Sequence record: DRR723986_26224
DNA: 34,330 nucleotides
Strand: one strand, 5' to 3'
Made by a program: the position numbers and the translations under genes. The notes below the pieces were generated by a model that ran no database searches, had not been told where the DNA came from, and saw only the letters and a program-made list of their open reading frames with translations. Each line of letters begins with the position of its first letter. The first letter of the stretch is position 1. Shown here piece after piece: positions 1 through 7,544 of this stretch.

Positions 1-52
1 GCTACACTTTCCTCCGGCTACACTTTCCTCTGGCTACGCGGTCCTCCGGCTA
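1..52. repeat. Imperfect 16-bp tandem repeat (3 copies + partial), probably continuing left of the window
   Basis: GCTACACTTTCCTCCG (1-16), GCTACACTTTCCTCTG (17-32), GCTACGCGGTCCTCCG (33-48), GCTA (49-52). The partial copy contains the TAG stop of the DUF1501 gene. Confidence 0.9.
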
Positions 53-1357
53 GGAGAAGAGCTGTGGAATAACGTCACCATCACGGACCAGAGTAATCGG
101 CCGGCCCGTTTCGGTGTGGAATTCCATCTTCGGGTCGATGCCAAGACTGTGATACAGCGACGCGGCTACGTCGTCAGGCTTGATGCCTTCGTTCTTCGGC
201 CCCGCCGCTTTCTCATCGCTTTCGCCGATGACCTGGCCGCCTTGAACCCCGCCTCCGGCCATCAACATAAACATGCACCGCGGATAGTGGTCCCGTCCGC
301 CTTCGGCGCTTCGAGTGTTGATCTTTGGCGTCCGGCCAAATTCACCTGTTGTCATTACAGTTGTCGAATCCAGCAGACCACGTTGCTCCAGCCCGGAGTA
401 CAGAGCCGACAGGCCGGCGTCGAGCTGTGGAAGCTGCTTGGTACTTAGTCGCGTAAAGTTATCCGTGTGCGTGTCCCAGCCGCCCATCGACAAAGAAACA
501 AACTTAACGCCAGCCTCCACCAATCGAATCGCAAGCAAACAGCTCTGTGAAAACTTATCCTCTGCAAACTGAGCTGCAAAGGTTGGCTCTTCCTTGGAGA
601 TATCAAATGCCCGCCGAGCTTCGGGACTGGTAATCATCTCAAAGGCCTTCTGGTTGAATTGATCCAACCCCAGAAGCAACTGCTCGTTTTTTTCAACAGA
701 CGAGAATGTTTGGTCCAAGTCACTTAGGAGACCTCTTCGTCGTTCAAGCTGATCGACGGTTAGCCCTGAACCGAGCGAGATCCCGCGAACGCTATACGGC
801 CGTCCCGCCTGAGGCGCACTGCCCGTGTTGAGCGGAGCATACTGAATCCCCAGGAACCCTGATCTCTGATTGCCACGCTCTACTGCAACAAAGGGCGGAA
901 GCTCTGGCGGCGCTTGCATTTGGCTGGAAACCACCGAACCGTAACCCGGATACTCAAGGGATGCTAGCGGACGCGAACCCGTGTTAACGTACTCCGAACC
1001 AAGCCGGTGAGCGGCCAGCGTATGGCTAACACCACGTAGAATCGCATACTTATCAGCACAGGCGGCCAACTTCGGCAGGTGCTCGCTGATCCGAATCCCT
1101 GAAACGTTGGTCTCAATCGGAGAGAACGACCCGCGAATCTCGCTTGGCCCCTCCGGTTTCGGATCGAAGGTATCGATGTGGGATGGTCCGCCAGGCAAGT
1201 CGATGAAGATTGCCGCCTTCCCCTTTGCCTTCGACTGGACCGCACCGGCCTGTGCAGCCCGCAGGTAACTTGCCAGCGTGAAACTACTTGCAGAAAGCGC
1301 TCCAACGCGAAGAAAATCTCGGCGGCTCTGGCCGTCACAAGTCTTGTGTCGAGTCAT
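50..1357 (-). CDS. DUF1501 family protein (sulfatase-like fold) with twin-arginine (Tat) signal
   Basis: SRRDFLRVG Tat motif; family motifs GGPSHIDTFDPKP, GGWDTH, GEFGRTPKIN, GRDH, AGGGVQGGQVIG. Start set at MTRHKTC (1357), preceded by GGAGA. Confidence 0.9.
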   Translation of the reverse strand: MTRHKTCDGQSRRDFLRVGALSASSFTLASYLRAAQAGAVQSKAKGKAAIFIDLPGGPSHIDTFDPKPEGPSEIRGSFSPIETNVSGIRISEHLPKLAACADKYAILRGVSHTLAAHRLGSEYVNTGSRPLASLEYPGYGSVVSSQMQAPPELPPFVAVERGNQRSGFLGIQYAPLNTGSAPQAGRPYSVRGISLGSGLTVDQLERRRGLLSDLDQTFSSVEKNEQLLLGLDQFNQKAFEMITSPEARRAFDISKEEPTFAAQFAEDKFSQSCLLAIRLVEAGVKFVSLSMGGWDTHTDNFTRLSTKQLPQLDAGLSALYSGLEQRGLLDSTTVMTTGEFGRTPKINTRSAEGGRDHYPRCMFMLMAGGGVQGGQVIGESDEKAAGPKNEGIKPDDVAASLYHSLGIDPKMEFHTETGRPITLVRDGDVIPQLFS

Positions 1358-1440
1358 CAAACTATCTCCGTTAATGGCGGCCGCAGCCGCTTGATTTGTG
1401 CTATACCTAGGTACCAACAAGACGCTTTGCTTAAGTGCAT

Positions 1441-4311
1441 CTAGTGGTTAAGGATAAATTCTTTAGTGTTGACTAGGCTCCACAGTAGGCCTGCGACCGC
1501 GTCAGTTGGATTTTCCTCCGCCAACAGATAGGCGACCGATGTAGCGAGTTCCTGCTCGTTTGGATCTCGGCTTAAAGTCCGCAAGTAGGCGTTCTTAGCG
1601 ATCCAATCGGCCTGCTCAGAGTTCATCGTTGCGACCTGATCCACTTGCGGTTCGTCATCGGTCGTGGCGTGTTCCTCAAGCCATGCATTGACTTCCTTGC
1701 CGATGCCCGCCTTCTTTGCGTTCTTTCGAATCGCAGCAACCTGCCGCTTCCAATTTGCTTCAACTTGCTTCAGGCGGCGTTCATTGCCCGAATCCTGAGC
1801 GATGCCCTGAACTTCGATGTATCGCTCGTACTGAAGTTCAAGACGATCAATGGTCTGATTGATCTGCCGCTGCTTCCCAGTGCTAAAGCTGCTTGTCGGA
1901 GCAGGCCAGCCGTACTGAGCGGCAACCTGACCAACCCAACCGTTCTTACGATCGTTCAGCCACCCGTGCACCGATTTGTCATTGAGCAGATAGACCGTCT
2001 GCAACAAACTGGGCTCCTCGCTGCGTTCGCAGTCGCAGTTCGATTCCCGCTCGCTTCGACCAAACACGTTCAATGCATAGCTCATGTCATCCGACCGAGC
2101 CAACATCTTGGCGCTTGAACCAGCGACAAGGTGGGCACGAGGGACGTCGAACTGCACAGCCCGCTGGGCGTATTCATCGTTGACCATCGCCATGCGAATG
2201 GCATCCATGGTTGTTTCCGCTGGCAGCCGCCGAAGCAAACTGCGACTGAAGTTAATTTTATCGCCAGCGTTTGTTTCATTCGGCTCCCAGCTCCGCTGAT
2301 AGGCAGCACTGTTGAGTATCTCGCGGTGCACCCACTTCATATCAAAGCCCGACTCGCGGAAACCTTCACTCAAGTGCTCAAGCAACGGGCCATTGCTCGG
2401 CGCGTTTGCCAGACTCACGTCGTCGGCAGGATTGATAATGCCAACGGAGAAGTACTGTGCCCAAACACGGTTGACGAAGGCTTTCGCAAAGTAAGGGTTT
2501 TCGTCGGCCCGCAACCATTGCATGAGGTGTGTGCGGGCGTCGCCAGCATCCATTTCAACCCACTCACCACCAAGCAGCTTTGCTGTTTCTTTCGGCTGAG
2601 CCTTCTTGTTCTTGCCCCGATTTCGTGTGCGTGGCTTACCAATCGTAAGCTCAGGGAAAGGCACCACCTCGCCCTTCTTTAGCAGCTTTGAGAACGCAGC
2701 TCGCAATTGGTTGCCCTTCAAGCTGCTGTCGACATCTAGCTCGGCAAGCAACTCTTTGTACTGTCGGTTTGACTCCTTGTCCTTCGACACAGTGTTCTGG
2801 CGAGCCTGCACACGAGTAAAGAGTTTTTCGAAGTTGTCAAAATCGTCCTTCGACCACTGGTCAAACGGATGCTTGTGGCATTGTGCACATTGGATGCGAA
2901 CACCAAGGAATGAATACGCAAAACCGATAGCTCGATCTTCGGGTGTTTGAAAATTGCGACGCGCCCAGAAGTGCGTCAGGCCCGGGCGCTGGGCATAGTT
3001 GTCGCCAGATTCGTCACGGCACGCCTCACTCATCGCCTCGCAGTATTCACGATACGTCTCTCCAGGTCGTCGGCTCTCGGCAGTGACAATCCCCTCGACG
3101 ATTTCATCGTACGGAACGTTATTCTCTACCCGAGACTTGATCCACTGGAACCATTGCCCCGACGGCGACGCTCCAGGAAGAATGTTCCGAAGTTGATCTT
3201 CGTTGTTGCCTGTCATGTCACAAAAGAAGGTCGTCCAGCGAACTGCGTAGCCGGGACGCTTGAGAAGCTCTTCGATCTTACGCTGGCGTTTATCTGGCGA
3301 CGAATCGCGGCGAAACTCTTCGACCTCTTGGGGTGACGGCAGTGTGCCGGTTACGTCGAGGGAAGCCCGCCGCAGGAACTCAACGTCAGTGCAGATCTCC
3401 GACGGAACGATACCAAGCTTTTTGTGCTTCGTCGCTATAAGGCGATCGACTGTCGACATCGATCGCTTAGGCGGAAGATCGCGAGCAGCCACACGATATG
3501 TAGCGGCGTCGACAACGGGCCGCAGTGCCTGGACTGGCACAACGGCACTGTCGTAGGAAACAACCACGTGCGTATCACCAGCTTCCCCGCAGGTTACCAA
3601 TCCATCTGCTGAGATATCAGCGATTGCTGCATCGTTGGTATAGAAACGACTGAGACAGGTAACGTCTTCCCGCGAGCCATCTTCCCAATGGGCGACCACT
3701 CTCAGTTGCTGGCTCTGCCCAGCGGCACTAAATTGAATTTCAGCGGGCGTCACTTCCAAACGCTCAAGCTTCTGCACCTGGGCAGGACGATACTCCGCCC
3801 CCGCTTCGATCCACTTTCGCAGAACCCAGTATTCCCATCCACCTTCGTCAAACCGCTTCCCGCCGCCGTGCGCGTCCGCGTCCATTGGATAGCTGACAAT
3901 GAGACTCTCAGCCGGATCGTCTGTATCGATACGACCAGTCGACTCCTCCATCAGTGCATCAAAGTCGGCTTTGAAATCATAGCCAAACAGAGAAAGCTGA
4001 AACCCTCCCTGGCCCTGAAATGAACCATGACACGCGCGGCCGTTGCAGCCCAGTTTGCCGAACAGTGGCGAAACATGCTTTTGAAAACTAGGCACCTCAT
4101 CCGTTGGCTCTACATCGGCACTGCCATCCTCCGATGCAAAACGCTGAAATAAAGGAGCCGCAACTGGGCCAGTCTTCTCGATCTCGGCTGGCTTGCGGCC
4201 TCTCTTTCCATCGGCCCCGTGCGATGACAATGCCATTGCACTGACGATGAGAATCACCGTCGATAGCCGCGGCAGCCGGAGGCTCTTCGCGAGGCAGAAC
4301 ATTCTCAACAT
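1441..4311 (-). CDS. DUF1549/DUF1553 (PSCyt2/PSD1) protein with Ig-like (Big_2) domain, secreted
   Basis: Signal-peptide-like N-terminus; GCNGRACHG; Ig-like LEVTPAEI...VVAHWEDGSREDVT; DUF1549 FLRRASLDVTGTLP and CAQCHKHPFDQW; DUF1553 NPYFAKAFVNRVW, YLRTLSRDP, LWSLVNTKEFILNH. Start chosen at MLRMF (4311) to avoid overlap with the upstream gene. Confidence 0.88.
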   Translation of the reverse strand: MLRMFCLAKSLRLPRLSTVILIVSAMALSSHGADGKRGRKPAEIEKTGPVAAPLFQRFASEDGSADVEPTDEVPSFQKHVSPLFGKLGCNGRACHGSFQGQGGFQLSLFGYDFKADFDALMEESTGRIDTDDPAESLIVSYPMDADAHGGGKRFDEGGWEYWVLRKWIEAGAEYRPAQVQKLERLEVTPAEIQFSAAGQSQQLRVVAHWEDGSREDVTCLSRFYTNDAAIADISADGLVTCGEAGDTHVVVSYDSAVVPVQALRPVVDAATYRVAARDLPPKRSMSTVDRLIATKHKKLGIVPSEICTDVEFLRRASLDVTGTLPSPQEVEEFRRDSSPDKRQRKIEELLKRPGYAVRWTTFFCDMTGNNEDQLRNILPGASPSGQWFQWIKSRVENNVPYDEIVEGIVTAESRRPGETYREYCEAMSEACRDESGDNYAQRPGLTHFWARRNFQTPEDRAIGFAYSFLGVRIQCAQCHKHPFDQWSKDDFDNFEKLFTRVQARQNTVSKDKESNRQYKELLAELDVDSSLKGNQLRAAFSKLLKKGEVVPFPELTIGKPRTRNRGKNKKAQPKETAKLLGGEWVEMDAGDARTHLMQWLRADENPYFAKAFVNRVWAQYFSVGIINPADDVSLANAPSNGPLLEHLSEGFRESGFDMKWVHREILNSAAYQRSWEPNETNAGDKINFSRSLLRRLPAETTMDAIRMAMVNDEYAQRAVQFDVPRAHLVAGSSAKMLARSDDMSYALNVFGRSERESNCDCERSEEPSLLQTVYLLNDKSVHGWLNDRKNGWVGQVAAQYGWPAPTSSFSTGKQRQINQTIDRLELQYERYIEVQGIAQDSGNERRLKQVEANWKRQVAAIRKNAKKAGIGKEVNAWLEEHATTDDEPQVDQVATMNSEQADWIAKNAYLRTLSRDPNEQELATSVAYLLAEENPTDAVAGLLWSLVNTKEFILNH

Positions 4312-4376
4312 GCTTTTTCTTTCTTCAGACTGTTTCATCTGTTGGCTGTAATGCTTGAATCCGTTTAGGTAGAAAC

Positions 4377-5168
4377 TTACTTTGCGACACCTGATTGCGG
4401 CGCAGCATTTTTCGTTTCCAGCTCTCTTGCTCGTTGTCGAACGGCTTGCTTGGCACGCTGTTGCTGACGTTTCACTTGCCCATACCAAATCTTGAGCGAC
4501 CGCTGATTTGCTTGTGAGTCTTCTGAACGTCGATCTGCAATTTGCGCGTCGAGTCGCTTAATCTGCTCTTCGGCCCGTTTCTTTTGAATAGCTAGTCGCC
4601 GGATCTCAAATTTGTTTTCGCGATCCAGGAGTGGCTTGAGCCGCTTTTGCACGTCTTCTTCGGAAACCTCTGGTTCAATCGCAAGCTTGGCAACCAACTG
4701 CCTCAGCTCCGAGCGAACCAGCCACAGCTTCAACTCGATGGCGTAGAGCTCCGAATCTCGTTGCTCCAAATTCTTCAGGCGTTCGATCGATCGCGCCAAC
4801 TCACGCACGGCGGCAGCATGCTGGTCAGGGCTTCTTCTCTGCAGCACTTTCAAAAGCCCCATTAGCTTGGGCTGATGATCTTGCACAAAACCATGCACTT
4901 TCTTGACCAACTGATCATCGACACCATCTGCATTCTGTTCGTCACGTTTCTTGCTTGCCCGCCCTGCCCTTTCGCCCTTTGACCGGCTACTTGCAGACTG
5001 GCTATTTGCGGGTTTGCGATCCGCGGCTTTACCGTTTTGCGGAGCTTTTTCCGCGGGCGTCTCTTGCCCGTGAGATTCAGGGGCGACACCGCTCGCAGCG
5101 GCTACCACCAACCAGACAATTAGCGATACAACACGCGTCGACTTGCTCTTCTTTACACACACTAGCAT
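4377..5168 (-). CDS. Secreted/periplasmic alpha-helical coiled-coil protein of unknown function
   Basis: 263-aa ORF with hydrophobic signal-like segment (VVSLIVWLVVAAASG), low-complexity linker and a charged amphipathic helical body. The ATG lies 3 nt after the upstream stop, with an AAGGAG SD. Confidence 0.75.
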   Translation of the reverse strand: MLVCVKKSKSTRVVSLIVWLVVAAASGVAPESHGQETPAEKAPQNGKAADRKPANSQSASSRSKGERAGRASKKRDEQNADGVDDQLVKKVHGFVQDHQPKLMGLLKVLQRRSPDQHAAAVRELARSIERLKNLEQRDSELYAIELKLWLVRSELRQLVAKLAIEPEVSEEDVQKRLKPLLDRENKFEIRRLAIQKKRAEEQIKRLDAQIADRRSEDSQANQRSLKIWYGQVKRQQQRAKQAVRQRARELETKNAAPQSGVAK

Positions 5169-5171
5169 CGC

Positions 5172-5672
5172 CTAGGCTCCTTCTTCTTCGTAGGCGAGCA
5201 AAAGAGCGTCTAACATCCAATCATCGCTCTCGACATCAGATGATTCGGGCGAAACCAAACCAACGACTTCGATCTCATCGTCCGCCGACTCTTCTAAGAC
5301 AGAACTCCAGGACGTAGCCACCAACTGCTCAATCTGCGGTTGCGATAATTCCGCGACCTGCTCGCTATCAGACGCATCCCACTGTGTGGCCACCCACCCA
5401 AGCGCGACGAAGCCGGCGATCGAAAGGGAGATCGCTAGAGGCAAACTCCAGGCAATTGATGATTGAGCCGACGAAACCGGAGCGACTTCGTTCTGAAATC
5501 TCGCTTGCACGGCGGCATGTTCAAGCTGCTGCAGTCCGTCAACGCAATCAGCAACTCGACAGGCAAACGACGGATCACTCTCCATCGCCTGTTCTATTTC
5601 GAATCGCTTTTCCTGCGACAACGCTTCAGGATCGAGCAGGAAAAGCTGTATGTCATCGTCTTGCAAGTTCAT
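5172..5672 (-). CDS. Putative membrane-anchored anti-sigma factor
   Basis: Directly downstream of the ECF sigma gene. N-terminal helical domain (LFLLDPEALSQEKRFEIEQAMESD), one TM helix (WSLPLAISLSIAGFVALGWVA), acidic C-terminal tail. Start MNLQ (5672) preferred over GTG 5711. Confidence 0.65.
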   Translation of the reverse strand: MNLQDDDIQLFLLDPEALSQEKRFEIEQAMESDPSFACRVADCVDGLQQLEHAAVQARFQNEVAPVSSAQSSIAWSLPLAISLSIAGFVALGWVATQWDASDSEQVAELSQPQIEQLVATSWSSVLEESADDEIEVVGLVSPESSDVESDDWMLDALLLAYEEEGA

Positions 5673-5697
5673 TGCAAATTCTCTTCTTTCAAGAGAC

Positions 5698-6273
5698 TCA
5701 ATTGTCCCCACCGTTCGTCATCGCCGCTCTCAGCTTCTTCAACGCGAGACGCATTCTGGAAAGTACTGTACCAATCGGTGCATCGACCCGCTCTGCAATC
5801 TGAGCAAAGGTTAGCCCATCACTCATCCGCAATTGAACAACTTGCTGCTGCTCGCTTGGCAGTTGCCCAATGGCCTGGACCAACTGCGTCGTTGTATCGT
5901 CATCAATGCCGCCGACTGCATCAGAACCGAAATCACGGGTTGCCTGCGAAAACCCGCTGGCTTGCAAACCACTTTCCCGGACCCACCTCTCGACCAACTG
6001 CCTCTGCCGCCCGTCGGAACGCCGAAGCTCCTTGGCCTTCAGTACGGCCGTTTGAACAAGCCAGCCTCGACAATCTGAATCGGGAATCTCGGACAGACGC
6101 CGGGAGAACAGCCAAAATGCTTCTTGAGCGGCATCATCGGCCCGCTGCCAATCCCGTAAAATTGCCCAAGCGGCACGCACCATCACTGGCATCATTTCAC
6201 CGGCCAACTCACCCAACCAATCATCGGATTCTCCCTCGCCTGAAGGGTTTTTGCTCGATGATCCGGTGGTCAC
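5698..6273 (-). CDS. ECF (sigma-70 group 4) RNA polymerase sigma factor
   Basis: Region 2 ADDAAQEAF...RGWL; region 4 LPSEQQQVVQLR...GLTFAQIAERVDAPIGTVLSRMRLALKKLR. Confidence 0.92.
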   Translation of the reverse strand: MTTGSSSKNPSGEGESDDWLGELAGEMMPVMVRAAWAILRDWQRADDAAQEAFWLFSRRLSEIPDSDCRGWLVQTAVLKAKELRRSDGRQRQLVERWVRESGLQASGFSQATRDFGSDAVGGIDDDTTTQLVQAIGQLPSEQQQVVQLRMSDGLTFAQIAERVDAPIGTVLSRMRLALKKLRAAMTNGGDN

Positions 6274-6274
6274 A

Positions 6275-6329
6275 AATAATGCCCTTTGGCGACGGTCTAT
6301 GGTGTATGGCCGGTGAAAGAGGCATTATT
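6275..6329 (-). promoter_or_regulatory. Long inverted repeat immediately 5' of the ECF sigma start codon
   Basis: AATAATGCC+CTTT (6275-6287) pairs with AAAG+(A bulge)+GGCATTATT (6316-6329). The stem covers the SD-like AAAGGG next to the GTG at 6273. Confidence 0.5.
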
Positions 6330-6487
6330 CACCGTTGCCGACAAATTTTGGCAGAAAAGTTCGCCCTCCAGGCCCCATCCACCTACATTGCAACGAAATT
6401 TTGAACGATCACAATGTGTAGGTCCCGCAACAACGGGGCTAGTCCGCACCAGTTCCGAGAAGCAGCTCCTTTGAAAAGGCAGTCACC

Positions 6488-7528
6488 TTGTCCGATTCCG
6501 ACCCGAAGGCTGACAACGCAACGGCCGAAACCACCGACGTATCGCCAGGAGCGCCTAAGGGCGAAAAATTCTGGATCGGCTTCGACCTAGGCGGCACGAA
6601 GATGCAATGCACGCTCTTCGATGACTCCATGAAACAAATCGCTTTTCGACGACGCAGGACAAAATCCGAGCTCGGTGAAAAAGGCCTACTCGAACGAATC
6701 GCTTCAACGATCGAAAAACTACTCGACGACGAAAGCATTGATGCTTCTCAAATTTCGGGTATCGGAATCGGCTGCCCAGGTCCCGTCGAGTGGGAATCAG
6801 GCATTGTGCGGGTGGCGGTGAACCTAGGCTGGGAGAACGTCGCCGTTGCAGAATTCCTTAACAAGCAATTCAAGTGCCCCGTTGAAGTGCTCAATGATGT
6901 TGATGCAGGCGTCTACGGTGAATATCGAGCCGGTGCCGCCAAGGGAGCTCGAAGCGCGGTTGGCATCTTTCCCGGCACAGGAATCGGCGGCGGTTGCGTC
7001 TACGACGGTGAAATCCTTCGCGGCAAAATCTTGACGTGCATGGAAGTCGGCCACACCAAAATGAACGGTTCGCCTCGCCGCGGCGGAACCGGAATGCTCG
7101 GCACGCTTGAAACCGAAGCCAGCCGATTGAGCGTCGCTGCTGAATTGGCGAAACTGGCCTATCGCGGCGAAGCACCTCATCTGTTCAAAGAAGTCGGGAC
7201 CGACATTCGCGAGATTCGCAGCAAAGCGATCAGCGAAGCGGTCGAGAGCGGTGACAAAGAGGTGCGTCGCGTGTTGGAGGACGCTTGCGAGATGATTGGG
7301 TACGCAGTCGCCAACATGGTACTGCTCATCTGCCCAGACGTTATCGTTCTAGGTGGCGGACTCGTCGAAGCCATGCCTGACTTATTCGAAAAAGAGATTA
7401 CGTCCGTCGCTAAGAAGAACGTGTTCGAATGCTACCGTGACGAATTCAAAGTCAAGATTGCATCGCTGGGCGACGACGCCGGAACGGTCGGTGCCGCCAG
7501 TTGGGTGAAACGACAGGTAGAAAAGTAG
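6488..7528 (+). CDS. ROK family sugar kinase (glucokinase-like), lacking zinc-binding cysteines
   Basis: GFDLGGTK, GIGIGCPG, NDVDAGVYGE, PGTGIGGG, EVGH, IVLGGG, LGDDAG motifs; no N-terminal HTH. TTG start preceded by AAAAGG. Confidence 0.9.
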   Translation: MSDSDPKADNATAETTDVSPGAPKGEKFWIGFDLGGTKMQCTLFDDSMKQIAFRRRRTKSELGEKGLLERIASTIEKLLDDESIDASQISGIGIGCPGPVEWESGIVRVAVNLGWENVAVAEFLNKQFKCPVEVLNDVDAGVYGEYRAGAAKGARSAVGIFPGTGIGGGCVYDGEILRGKILTCMEVGHTKMNGSPRRGGTGMLGTLETEASRLSVAAELAKLAYRGEAPHLFKEVGTDIREIRSKAISEAVESGDKEVRRVLEDACEMIGYAVANMVLLICPDVIVLGGGLVEAMPDLFEKEITSVAKKNVFECYRDEFKVKIASLGDDAGTVGAASWVKRQVEK

Positions 7529-7544
7529 CACCACCGCGTGCACC

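Noticed and set aside
1..52. CRISPR array
   Set aside because: Units are 16 bp and contiguous with no spacers, and no cas genes are present.
5463..6404. 313-aa + strand ORF
   Set aside because: Antisense shadow of the ECF and anti-sigma genes; Arg/Pro/His-rich with no motif.
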